From positions 1,727,417 through 1,791,416 of the forward strand of contig CAVXGK010000001.1 in assembly GCA_963761305.1 (NCBI GenBank): a stretch of DNA of 64,000 bases, written 5' to 3'. Made by a program: the position numbers and the translations under genes. This document shows, in pieces, positions 10,476-19,008 of this stretch; within the stretch, counting starts at the first letter, position 1, and each line of letters begins with the position of its first letter. The notes beneath the pieces were generated by a model. It did no database searches. It was not told the origin of the DNA and worked only from the letters and a program-made list of their open reading frames with translations. The DNA is from an uncultured Gemmatimonadaceae bacterium. Lineage in GTDB: Bacteria > Gemmatimonadota > Gemmatimonadetes > Gemmatimonadales > Gemmatimonadaceae.

Positions 10476-11894
10476 TCACTCCTTCGCGCGCCTCGAGGCT
10501 GGATGCGCATCGTTCACCCAGATCGTCGTGTCGACGAGACGTCCAAGCTCCGGATCGTCGGCCCGCGACTCGAATTCGATGCGGAGTCCCAAGCGCGTTG
10601 GTTGCCGTCGCCCGTTGGTCGCCGGAATTCCAACCTCCGGGCTCGGCGCGGGTGATTGTGTGGTCGGCGGCTCCGCCGTGCGCGGTTCGGTCGTGGGAAC
10701 GTCGGTTGCCGGCGCGTTAGGCTCCACGGTCGGCACGGCGAACATGTCGATGGCGGCCGGATCGGCTTCGGGAACACGCGCGCGTCCAACGCGGAGCTTG
10801 TGCGGCCCGCCCGCCACTCGCTTCACAAGCATCGCCAGCAGCGGAAACTCGTCGGCGAGACCGGCGAGCACCGACTCCATGTCGCGCTCGATGGGACGCG
10901 CCACGCGACGATGCTGCGGGAGATCGCCGCGCTCGGCGTCACCCCACTGCGCGAGCTGCGCGCTCACGGCTTCCTGCATCGCCTTGCGATAGGCGAGGAA
11001 GCTGGCGCCGCGCGGTCCGCTGCGCAGAAAATCGGCCTTGTTCAACGTCAGCGACGCCGCCAGATCCGGCGCTTCGATCAACCCGCTCACCCGGTCGGCG
11101 ACCGCCGGCATCATGCCCAGCCAATCCCAACCGCGCTTGATCACCTTTCCAAAAGTGCTGATGGCGACACCGCGCCGGTCCTCCGCGAGCGGCTCATCGA
11201 AGCGCAGCAGATAGCCGGTGGCCGACGGCTTGCGCTTGCCCGCCAGTCGCACGGCGATCGGCGCGACCTCGCGCTCGTCGCGTTCACGCACGCCGGCGAG
11301 CGCGAGGTCGCTTTCATTGATCTCGAACCGTATGCCGTTCGGGTAGTGCACGCGCAGCAGGTCGTCGAAGAACGGATCGAGCAGCGGCTCGAAGTGGCGG
11401 CGAACGGCCGCCTCGAGAAATCCGGAATCGATGAGTGGGGAGAGCGCGTTGCTCAGGCGAAGCCGCACCGCCGTGCCCCGCTCGGCGACCAGACCCGCCG
11501 GCGGCGTCCAGTGCCACGGCGCGCGCCGCCGCGTGGTGAGCATCCACGTCGTACTGATGTGCTCCTTGCCGCGGCGCGATTCGGTGATGACCTCGTCGCT
11601 CACCAGCAGCCCGAGTTTGATCCCGACGCCGGCGAATCCGATGCCCTGTCCACGCGTCTTGGTGCTCGCCCCGAGATCGTGGAACCGTCGCAGGTCGGCT
11701 CGGCGCATGCCTCGGCCGTCGTCGATGACCGTGAGTGCCTGCGCGCTCAGGTCGGTCACCAACCGAACGCGCGTCGCGCCCGAATCGAGCGCGTTGGCGA
11801 TGACTTCGGTGAGAATCGTCTCGTGCAAGTCGCCGGGATATGCGTCGGCGAGATCTTGAAGCAGGTGAAGCAGGTCGACTCGCGTCTCACCCAT
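10476..11894 (-). CDS. GHKL (HSP90/MutL/MORC-like) ATPase domain protein
   Basis: EVIANALDSGA, DDGRGM and GIGFAGVGIK Bergerat-fold motifs; Pro/Thr-rich C-terminal linker. Confidence 0.85.
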   Translation of the reverse strand: MGETRVDLLHLLQDLADAYPGDLHETILTEVIANALDSGATRVRLVTDLSAQALTVIDDGRGMRRADLRRFHDLGASTKTRGQGIGFAGVGIKLGLLVSDEVITESRRGKEHISTTWMLTTRRRAPWHWTPPAGLVAERGTAVRLRLSNALSPLIDSGFLEAAVRRHFEPLLDPFFDDLLRVHYPNGIRFEINESDLALAGVRERDEREVAPIAVRLAGKRKPSATGYLLRFDEPLAEDRRGVAISTFGKVIKRGWDWLGMMPAVADRVSGLIEAPDLAASLTLNKADFLRSGPRGASFLAYRKAMQEAVSAQLAQWGDAERGDLPQHRRVARPIERDMESVLAGLADEFPLLAMLVKRVAGGPHKLRVGRARVPEADPAAIDMFAVPTVEPNAPATDVPTTEPRTAEPPTTQSPAPSPEVGIPATNGRRQPTRLGLRIEFESRADDPELGRLVDTTIWVNDAHPASRRAKE

Positions 11895-11984
11895 GAGAGG
11901 CCGACCTGTCGGCGACGTGCATAGAAAAGCAGGACTTCCTATCCATGCCCTGCCAGATGTGTATAGAAATCTGGCATTTCGGAG

Positions 11985-13157
11985 TCATGAGCGCAGCGGC
12001 TCCGTCCCTTCGCTCAGGATCGCGAGGTACTTCGCGTAGGTAAAGACACGCCCACGGCGACGGCCGGTAATTTCGCGGACGATCCCGAGCTCGCCGAGCG
12101 CCGCCAGTGATGTGTTCACAGACGGCTGGGAGACGCCGCTCAGCTTCGCGATCGCCGCGGCCGGCGCGATGGGACGTTGGCGGAGGACGTCGAACACTCG
12201 CAGCGCGCTGCCGGCAATGCGTCGCAGCGCCTGCACCCGGACGCGGTCGCTGTCTGCCTGATGCACGAGGCGCCGAACCGTATCGACGGCACCCGAAGCG
12301 CTCGACTCCACCCCGTCGGCAAAAAAGCCGAGCCAATCCTCCCAATCGCCATCCTTCCGAACAGTGTCGAGCAGCTCGTAGTACCGCGCCCGATGCTGCT
12401 TGAGGTAGAGACTGATATACAGCAGTGGCTCGCTCAAAGCCCCCTCGGAGCACAGAAGGAGCGTCACGAGGAGACGGCCCACGCGGCCGTTGCCGTCCAG
12501 AAACGGATGGATCGTCTCGAACTGGACGTGCGCCAACGCAGCCTTGATGATGGTCGGCGTGCGCTCGGGGTGCCCATGGATCCACTTCTCGAGCGCGCCG
12601 AGGGCGTCCGCGAGATGCTCGGCGGGCGGCGGGACGAAGACGGCATTCCCGGGTCGCGATCCCCCGATCCAGTTCTGCGAGCGCCGAATCTCGCCAGGTT
12701 GCTGGTCGGATCCGCGCCCTCGCTTCATGAGGACCTTGTGAATCTCGCGGATCAGGCGCGTCGAAACCGGAAAGCCACCGCGGATGCGGGCGAGTCCGTG
12801 CTCCATCGCCGCGACGTAGTTCGAGACCTCGGTGACGTCGTCGAGCGGCACACCGGGAAGCTCGTCGGCTTCGAAGAGCAGGAGATCGGAGAGCGAGGAC
12901 TGCGTCCCCTCGATCTGCGAGGACAGCACCGCCTCCTTGCGGACATACATATATAGAAAAAGCTGCGTATCTGGGAGCAGCGTCGTGACGCTGTCCAACC
13001 TGCCAACCGCAAGCAGCGCGGCGTCGAGACGCTCACGAAGGGCGGCGTCGATTGCCAATGGTGGCTTGGGCGGCAGCGGCGCCGGCAGAAACGCGCGGAC
13101 GCTCTCACCTCCGACGTTCGAGACGCTGAGATATTTGCCGGTCACCCCTCGTCGCAT
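11985..13157 (-). CDS. Fic-family protein with N-terminal DUF4172-like region and C-terminal HTH
   Basis: HPFLDGNGRVGR Fic motif; inhibitory SSQIEG motif; C-terminal wHTH 'EITGRRRGRVF'. Confidence 0.95.
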   Translation of the reverse strand: MRRGVTGKYLSVSNVGGESVRAFLPAPLPPKPPLAIDAALRERLDAALLAVGRLDSVTTLLPDTQLFLYMYVRKEAVLSSQIEGTQSSLSDLLLFEADELPGVPLDDVTEVSNYVAAMEHGLARIRGGFPVSTRLIREIHKVLMKRGRGSDQQPGEIRRSQNWIGGSRPGNAVFVPPPAEHLADALGALEKWIHGHPERTPTIIKAALAHVQFETIHPFLDGNGRVGRLLVTLLLCSEGALSEPLLYISLYLKQHRARYYELLDTVRKDGDWEDWLGFFADGVESSASGAVDTVRRLVHQADSDRVRVQALRRIAGSALRVFDVLRQRPIAPAAAIAKLSGVSQPSVNTSLAALGELGIVREITGRRRGRVFTYAKYLAILSEGTEPLRS

Positions 13158-13177
13158 GCGTAGCCAAGGAAAGGGAC

Positions 13178-13225
13178 TTAAATAAGGCGTACGGTTATTT
13201 AAAGATACGCCGTTCCCTTAAATAG
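13178..13225. promoter_or_regulatory. Candidate operator upstream of fic
   Basis: TTAAATAA-N9-TTATTTAA inverted repeat (13178-13202) plus a third half-site TTAAATAG (13218-13225) in otherwise GC-rich DNA. Confidence 0.5.
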
Positions 13226-13230
13226 GCCAG

Positions 13231-13407
13231 ACTCAGCTTCGGGCCATGCGTCCCGCAGGTTCCCCCTGCGACGCAGCACGCGGCCGGGCACCCTCTGTTC
13301 CTCGGTAGGCTTACTCAAGGTGTGTACTTATCCCTAACTAAGGGCACGCCCGAGTAAAGGATACCGGGACCGCCGCCCCTGTGCGCTCCCGCGCGCTTCG
13401 GCTAAGT
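13231..13407 (+). ncRNA. Candidate structured ncRNA or long hairpin
   Basis: Nested helices: CGGTA/TACCG, TTACTC/GAGTAA and GGTGTGTACTTA/TAAGGGCACGCC (two U-G wobbles on the + strand), plus a 5' hairpin GCGTC..CGCAGG/CCTGCG.ACGC. Confidence 0.35.
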
Positions 13408-13617
13408 CGGAAGCTCGACGTAGCCCGCGGCGGTCGTGGGTCGGGGAATCGGCAGTCCGGCAAGTCGGAGCTCCTCGAGATGCCCTTCCACCGCTTCTCG
13501 CATGTTCGCCTCGACCTCGGTGACCGTGCGTCCCGTTGACGCGCAGCCGGGAAGATCCGGCAAGTAGCCCGAGAAGCCGGAGTCTGTCGGTTCGATGAGA
13601 ATCACGTATCGGCTCAT
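13402..13617 (-). CDS. hicB: HicB-family antitoxin (short form)
   Basis: YVILIE...FSGYLPDLPGCASTGRTVTEVEANMREAVEGHLE...PIP signature. Confidence 0.9.
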   Translation of the reverse strand: MSRYVILIEPTDSGFSGYLPDLPGCASTGRTVTEVEANMREAVEGHLEELRLAGLPIPRPTTAAGYVELPT

Positions 13618-13922
13618 GTCGGCTCCTCCTTCTTGATCTCATCGTACATCGCGTCCGGCGCGAGATCGACGCCGTTCGGCCACGTAACCGCACCGTGAGC
13701 AACGCCGACCCGCGCAAACATCGCGGGATCGCGGAGCTGTTCGAACACGCCGGCATCGTCGCTCGCAACGAGACGCGATAAGTCCACCTCGCCGCGAGTT
13801 CCGTCCGCGAATGTCACGAAGAGGCGATAGCCGCCCGCTGGGCGAACGTCCGTGACATGCCACGGCACAGGGGAACTCAGTCCAGCGGCGGAATCTGCAT
13901 CAGTGCCTGGTTGTTTGCGCAT
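13614..13922 (-). CDS. DUF2442-domain protein (putative antitoxin)
   Basis: VTDVRP...YRLFVTFADGTRGEVDL...VTWPNGVDLAPDAMY. Confidence 0.85.
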   Translation of the reverse strand: MRKQPGTDADSAAGLSSPVPWHVTDVRPAGGYRLFVTFADGTRGEVDLSRLVASDDAGVFEQLRDPAMFARVGVAHGAVTWPNGVDLAPDAMYDEIKKEEPT

Positions 13923-13934
13923 CGTTGAAGGGCC

Positions 13935-14240
13935 TTACAACACGGGTCGGCGCGATTGTAGCCAGTTGTTGAACGAGCCTTTGCTCTCCCCGGACTGTGC
14001 CCCGCGCAGGAGGTTGTCGACGCTGATGTCCTCGTCGAGATCGGGCCAATGGATGCCCTCACCGCGGCCGATGAATCGCCAATTGTTTCGTTCAGCGGGC
14101 GTCGCGGCAGCGAGGCGAGGATACCAGCCGAGCGGCACGGCAATGCTGCGTCCGTCCGCGAGATCGACGGTCAGACTGGTTGCGGACAGGCGAACTGCCT
14201 CGGCAGTGGCCGGCCGAGGTTCAATCGGCGAAGTACTCAT
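13935..14240 (-). CDS. DUF2442-domain protein (putative antitoxin)
   Basis: LADGRSIAVPLGWYPRLAAAT...GEGIHWPDLDEDISV. Confidence 0.9.
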   Translation of the reverse strand: MSTSPIEPRPATAEAVRLSATSLTVDLADGRSIAVPLGWYPRLAAATPAERNNWRFIGRGEGIHWPDLDEDISVDNLLRGAQSGESKGSFNNWLQSRRPVL

Positions 14241-14457
14241 CCCAGCGGCTCAGAAGGAGTTGCTCGTGTTCTCGGACTACCAGAAGGATACGAGCCAGTT
14301 CACCGCGTGAGAAGTTACCGCCATTGTGCACGCGAACCGGGTCGAGCCACAGCTTTGCCCGATTGGCGTCTCGCTCCACGTGGATATGCGGCGGCTCCGT
14401 ACGATCGCCGGCAAAAAAGAAGCAGCGGTAGGGGCCGGTGCGAAGGACAGTGGGCAC
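14221..14457 (-). CDS. DUF4160-domain protein (putative toxin, partner of DUF2442)
   Basis: MPTVLRTGPYRCFFF...EPPHIHV...AKLWLDPV...WDEYF; GTG start at 14457; overlaps the DUF2442 gene. Confidence 0.9.
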   Translation of the reverse strand: MPTVLRTGPYRCFFFAGDRTEPPHIHVERDANRAKLWLDPVRVHNGGNFSRGELARILLVVREHEQLLLSRWDEYFAD

Positions 14458-14534
14458 GGCGTCCACTGTACAGCGACGACTCGCCTGCCTCGGCATCAAA
14501 ACCGCGGCCTTCGGTCCCGGTCGTTGCCGTCAGT

Positions 14535-14885
14535 TCAAACGCGTAGAACAAGCATCGCTCCGACGCCGATCAGAATACCCAGCAACACCCACGGCCACAC
14601 CGCCCTCCCGCGCGATGGACGAGGCGACTCGAGGCCAAGCCAGTCGGGGACAGGCGACGGTTCGCGCGTCAGATCCTTGGGCTCGGACCGTGCATGGCCG
14701 GCCGAGTCGAGTCGCGTCCGGCTGCTTACGCCAGTGCCGGGGATGCCAAGATTGGCATAAGTGCCCCGGCTGCCCACGTTGACGCTCGCGCCGCGCGGGC
14801 CAATGGTTGTGCTGATTCCCCGGCGCGACAGGTTGATCCGCACGCCGGGAAGCAGCCGGATGGAGCGATGAAACCGGAAGCCCAT
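14535..14885 (-). CDS. DUF4236-domain membrane protein
   Basis: MGFRFHRSIRLLPGVRINLSRRGISTTIG...GIPGTGVS; C-terminal TM helix; GAGGAG RBS. Confidence 0.9.
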   Translation of the reverse strand: MGFRFHRSIRLLPGVRINLSRRGISTTIGPRGASVNVGSRGTYANLGIPGTGVSSRTRLDSAGHARSEPKDLTREPSPVPDWLGLESPRPSRGRAVWPWVLLGILIGVGAMLVLRV

Positions 14886-14922
14886 GGGCGCTCCTCAATA
14901 GATGGCCGAACTGTATGCGGGC

Positions 14923-15588
14923 TTAACGAGCCTGACCGCCGGCGTTGAAAGCAACGGCGAGCTGAAAACTCACGACCCCGCCGCTGAGACCGAGCGGCAC
15001 GCTGACAGAAGGCTGTATGGTCAGCACTCGGCTGACAACGAACCCCGCGCCCACCGTGGCAACACCATAGTTCTGATTGGCAGAACTTGAAAACCCTCCG
15101 CCGCTGGCGGTGGCCTGCGCGATGACGTACGAGCCGCCAACGAACGGGACGAAATCGAATCCGGGGCTGTGGAGCGCGACGCCGCCGATCGCGCCGCCAA
15201 AGCTGAACCCATGGGTCGCTATCGACACACTGCCAAACCCGGTATCGAAGTTCGGTCCCGTTTGATACGCGAATCCCACCTCGGGGCAAAACTGAACGGT
15301 GCGTTGAGGATTGAGATCGACTGCAAAACCCGCGTCCCCGCCTACGGAAAGTCCGCTGCCCGACACGTCTTTGTATTGAACACTCGAGACGGTGCCGCTC
15401 ACGAATGGACCGCTTGGCGCGCCGAACGCGATTTGACCGCCATAGCTCTGCGCATCGCTGTCGACACTGAGTCCGGCGCCGAGCCGTACGGGGCCGGCCG
15501 AGAAGGACGCGGCTCCTTCACAGACTTGAGCGTGCGTTTGTGAGAACGGCGCCAAACTAACGAGTACAGCTACGTGAACCATTCGCAT
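14923..15588 (-). CDS. Secreted protein, probable small outer-membrane beta-barrel
   Basis: Signal peptide from ATG 15588 (..THA-Q); alternating Gly/aromatic beta-strands. Confidence 0.6.
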   Translation of the reverse strand: MRMVHVAVLVSLAPFSQTHAQVCEGAASFSAGPVRLGAGLSVDSDAQSYGGQIAFGAPSGPFVSGTVSSVQYKDVSGSGLSVGGDAGFAVDLNPQRTVQFCPEVGFAYQTGPNFDTGFGSVSIATHGFSFGGAIGGVALHSPGFDFVPFVGGSYVIAQATASGGGFSSSANQNYGVATVGAGFVVSRVLTIQPSVSVPLGLSGGVVSFQLAVAFNAGGQAR

Positions 15589-15635
15589 TTTAGAGCCCTT
15601 TCCGTGGGTGGGTGAAGATCCGTCGATCGGTTGAC

Positions 15636-16081
15636 TCATCGGCTGGCACTCCAAGTACCGGTGAAGACGTACGTCGCACCGCTGATTGCGATCGGACAAT
15701 TCAGGGTTCCGCTCATTCGGTTTGGCGGACTCCCCGAAACGGTGCCGACGATCGTGCACCCACCAGCGCTGTTGAATGACACGGAGGTGCCAGAGATTTG
15801 ACCGCCGGTCCATGAGGTGCCCGCCAGGCTCGACGTGCTCGCGGAGCCAAGCACCGAACACGTTTGACTTCCGCTCGCCGCGATCCGCCAAACGAAGCGC
15901 CGGTTTGCGTAAAGTTGATCACGACCCCCTGAGCGGAACACGATGCACTCAACTGGCTGTTGCTGAAGTTGAGTGAGACCGTCCACTGGCCGGAAATGTC
16001 GAGCGGCCCGGACGGAGCCGTGGAGTCGCTGCCGCAGGCGATGCCCGCAACGAGGCAAAGAAGACCAAGACGTCGGAACAT
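15636..16081 (-). CDS. Lipoprotein of unknown function (frameshift near 15880)
   Basis: MFRRLGLLCLVAGIAC lipobox, GSDSTAP linker, 'ISGQW' start and 'TGTWSASR' end reached in a second frame. Confidence 0.65.
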
Positions 16082-16139
16082 TGATTTCTTGAGTGGGTGG
16101 TTGATGGGTGGCACGAGTCAATCGACCGATCGAGCGTGG

Positions 16140-16625
16140 CTACTTGGCACCTTTCGCCTCTGCGGCCTGTTTGATCTTCTGCTGCAGCGACGTTTCCCAG
16201 GTCGCTCTGGTAGAACATTCCTCATTTACGATCGACTGGTCGGCGAGCACGCGGGACTTGCCGATGCGCGTCCATCGCACGGTGATTCGTAAAGAGGTAT
16301 GAGATGAATCGCCTCGCACCAACGCGTTGTACGTCGCGTCGGTTGGGTACACGGGCCCCACGATCGCATCCTTTCCGCAGTCCGCCGCGTCGCCGAGGGA
16401 CGGGCCGACCTTGAGGGCGTCGGTCGCGATCAATCCAGATGAGCGATCGATTGTCTTGATCGGAATATTGCTTCGCGCGAACTCGTCGATGACGGCGTCC
16501 CACGTCCGGCCAAACGACGCGCCAATGTCGATCGCATTATGCGGAGTCGGCGCCGCCGGTGGCGTCGGGAGGCAACCAACGGTGCACATCAGGGCCGCGG
16601 TAAGGACGACACGTGACCTGAGCAC
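16140..16625 (-). CDS. Lipoprotein of unknown function
   Basis: Lipobox TVGC; 'ASFGRTWDAVIDEFA...IPIKTIDRSSGLIAT' resembles BamC/DUF3568-like helix-grip folds; two additional Cys. Confidence 0.7.
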   Translation of the reverse strand: MLRSRVVLTAALMCTVGCLPTPPAAPTPHNAIDIGASFGRTWDAVIDEFARSNIPIKTIDRSSGLIATDALKVGPSLGDAADCGKDAIVGPVYPTDATYNALVRGDSSHTSLRITVRWTRIGKSRVLADQSIVNEECSTRATWETSLQQKIKQAAEAKGAK

Positions 16626-16675
16626 GCATTCCTCGCATGGAAGAGAGTTGTTGAACTTGCGAACTCTCGACTCTC

Positions 16676-16697
16676 AACGTACGAGAACCCTCTGACA
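16676..16697 (-). promoter_or_regulatory. PafBC-type promoter TGTCAG-N10-TACGTT
   Basis: Minus strand reads GAC TGTCAG AGGGTTCTCG TACGTT GAGAG, ~50 nt upstream of the 16625 start; near-identical to 25149-25170. Confidence 0.75.
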
Positions 16698-16706
16698 GTC
16701 GGGATA

Positions 16707-16910
16707 CTGACTTCCGGAACGGCGCTGACTTCCAGACGGCGCTGACTTCCAGACGGCGCTGGCTTCCGAAGCGCGCTGGCAGAGGAACCACGTGCGGAGT
16801 TTTCGCTCCTTTTCGGACGTTCGCGCCCTTCGGAGGTTCGCGCCCTTCGGGAGTTAGCGCCTCATGGAAGTCTGCGCCGCTTGGGAGTTAGCGCCCCTCG
16901 GAAGCTGGCG
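16707..16910. repeat. Two inverted arrays of degenerate 17-bp tandem repeats
   Basis: About 4x CTGACTTCCAGACGGCG (16707-16775), then about 6x GG(A/G)AGT(T/C)AGCGCCCYTC-like units (~16815-16910) that resemble its reverse complement. Confidence 0.8.
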
Positions 16911-16945
16911 TCGTTCAGAATCAAAGAGGGTAGTTGAATCAACTC

Positions 16946-17920
16946 TCAACGTACGTCCGCAAGCATCACCACAAGCCGCTCCCGAATCGCCTTCCTCGCC
17001 TCCGGCGGCGACAAAATCTCGGCCTCACGACCGTATCCCAGCACGTGCCTCACCCCCCAATCGAGATCCGCCATCGGATACTCGACCACGAACGACCCAT
17101 CCGCCTCCTTCGTCCCCCGTTCCCGCTCCTCGATCCACCGCGCGATCTTTGCCGAGAAACGGACACGAAGCCTGACCGGCGCATCGGACACGAACACAGG
17201 GCCACGCTCGAGCTGCGCGTCGATCGCACCCAGGTCGGGCGGCGGACACTTCTCGGCCAACACCTTCGCCGACTCGATCCGATCCACCCGAAAGACCCGA
17301 ATCCCGCTGCTCCGCTCACAGTACGCCACGAGATACCAAACCGGCCCCGCCAGAATCAGCCGATACGGACAGATCACCCTCGCACTCGACTCGGCAGCAC
17401 TCCCGCGCCGATACGAGATTCGAATCTTCTGCCGCTTGCCGAGCGCCTCGCGCACGACCGCGAGCTGAACGCCGCCGACGCTCTCTGTCGAGACGGCATA
17501 CGAACCATCGCCCATGAGCGCGCCCGGCAGCTTCGCCACCGCTTTACGAATTCTCTCGCGCGCCCTATCAATGGCGCGCCACTCCGCCGGCCCTCGCTCG
17601 GCGCGCAGCATCGCGAGTCCTAAGTCCAGCGCGTGCAGCTCCGCGATCGTCAATCGCATCGGGCGCCGGAAGTGGTCGGTTTTGACGGACACACTGTCCG
17701 CCTCGATGAACACCTCCAGCCCTTCGACGAACCCGCCGGGCGTGTCGTAGCGCCCGCCGATCGACGTGAGATCGCGCACGACCGTCTTCGCGTCGACGCC
17801 GAGCATCGCCGCCATCTCTTCTATAGAGTGCTCCTCGCCGTCGGCGACGACCGGCACCAGCGCCAGCAGCCTCTTCAGCTGCGCCGACGCGTCGACCGCC
17901 CCGCCCGACGCACCCTTCAC
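16946..17920 (-). CDS. pafC: PafC-like HTH-WYL-WCX transcriptional regulator
   Basis: N-terminal HTH (RLLALVP...AAMLGVDAKTVVRDL), RPMRLT, WYL motif 'VWYLVAYC...RVFRVDRI', WCX C-terminus; start overlaps the stop of the upstream WYL gene. Confidence 0.85.
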   Translation of the reverse strand: MKGASGGAVDASAQLKRLLALVPVVADGEEHSIEEMAAMLGVDAKTVVRDLTSIGGRYDTPGGFVEGLEVFIEADSVSVKTDHFRRPMRLTIAELHALDLGLAMLRAERGPAEWRAIDRARERIRKAVAKLPGALMGDGSYAVSTESVGGVQLAVVREALGKRQKIRISYRRGSAAESSARVICPYRLILAGPVWYLVAYCERSSGIRVFRVDRIESAKVLAEKCPPPDLGAIDAQLERGPVFVSDAPVRLRVRFSAKIARWIEERERGTKEADGSFVVEYPMADLDWGVRHVLGYGREAEILSPPEARKAIRERLVVMLADVR

Positions 17921-19008
17921 CTCTCCGCCTCATACAGCGCCAGCGTCTCGCGCGCCGACTGCCGGAATGCGTCCGTGACCGCCGGCGGCGATACAGGTTT
18001 GGCCGCTCCCGCAAACGACAGGATCCAACGAACGAACCGGTCCACCGACTTCACTCGGAAGCTGCGCCGATCCCGATGGCCCGGCACCGCCGCGCCCAAC
18101 TGCAACCACGGAGAAACAGCCCCGGTTTGCGTCGCGAACTCGACGACCGCCTCCGTCGCATCGGTGTCTCCCAGCTCCCACGCGAGACGCGACGTCGCGT
18201 GCGTCCGCAGATTCCACCCCTCGGGCAGCGCGAAGTCGGCCGTCTGCGGACGCGCCTTGTTCACCGCGAGGTCGCGCATCCGGCTGACGCGAAAGTTCTT
18301 GATCGCTCGCGCCGCCGGCTCGTGCGCCGCCAAGTACCAATGCGAATTCAGGAAGAACATCCCGAGCGGCTCGACCGTCCGGCTCTTCGTCGAATCGCCG
18401 GACATCGAGCGATAGACGAAGGTCAGCCGCTTGCGCGACAGCAGCGACTCCTCGAGCGCCGGCAACACGGCCGGATCGATTCGCTCGGCTCTCACAACGA
18501 CATCGTCGTGGTCGTGATCGACGATTCCAGGCACATCAAACGCCAGCTTCCGCACCGCCGACCGCGCCTGCTCGGCCAGCATCGCGTCGCCGAGTTTCTG
18601 CACACGCTCGGCGGCGGCGCCGACCGCCGCGATCTCGTCGGGCTCGAACGCCAACTCCTGCACGGAGTGGTAGCCGTCCTTGTCGACCCGACTCGGCGAC
18701 ACCTTTCGCCCGCTCTGCACGACGGCGAGATACGGCAGATAAAAGTCCGCCGGCCGCAGCCGATACCGCTCGATCTCCCCGTCCTTGGCGATCGTCTCGA
18801 TCGGCACGCCGAACGCGAGCAGCTCCGCCTTGTCGCGCTCGAACATCCGCTTGACCGTCGCCTTCTCCTTCTCCGTCGCGCGCTTGGCCAGGCGATAGGC
18901 CGGCACGTCTCCCGAGAGCTGCGTGAACGTCGCGCCGAATTGGTAGCGGAGGAGCGCGACGAGGACATCGGTCCAGCGCTGGAGCTTTGCCGACGTCACG
19001 CGAGTCAC
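17917..19008 (-). CDS. pafB: PafB-like HTH-WYL-WCX transcriptional regulator
   Basis: 'KRMFERDKAELLAFGVPIET' matches the PafB recognition-helix signature; 'RTVEPLG...HWYLAAH...FRVSRM'; GTG start at 19008 after GGGAG. Confidence 0.85.
   Translation of the reverse strand: MTRVTSAKLQRWTDVLVALLRYQFGATFTQLSGDVPAYRLAKRATEKEKATVKRMFERDKAELLAFGVPIETIAKDGEIERYRLRPADFYLPYLAVVQSGRKVSPSRVDKDGYHSVQELAFEPDEIAAVGAAAERVQKLGDAMLAEQARSAVRKLAFDVPGIVDHDHDDVVVRAERIDPAVLPALEESLLSRKRLTFVYRSMSGDSTKSRTVEPLGMFFLNSHWYLAAHEPAARAIKNFRVSRMRDLAVNKARPQTADFALPEGWNLRTHATSRLAWELGDTDATEAVVEFATQTGAVSPWLQLGAAVPGHRDRRSFRVKSVDRFVRWILSFAGAAKPVSPPAVTDAFRQSARETLALYEAER

Noticed and set aside
13231..13407. Calling the hairpin 6S or SRP RNA
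   Set aside because: Size and rod shape are suggestive, but I see no diagnostic conserved sequence and the context is an accessory island; left as an unnamed candidate.
13402..16625. Integron cassette array
   Set aside because: The short co-oriented genes lack intervening attC sites (most gaps are under 60 bp or overlapping) and no integrase is present.
16707..16910. 17-bp repeats next to WYL genes as a CRISPR or mini-array
   Set aside because: The units are directly adjacent with no unique spacers, and the orientation flips midway.
16943..16955. Third CTCTCAACGTACG copy as another PafBC promoter
   Set aside because: It has the -10 part only; the position 10 nt upstream reads GTGATG, not TGTCAG, and it overlaps the pafC stop codon.
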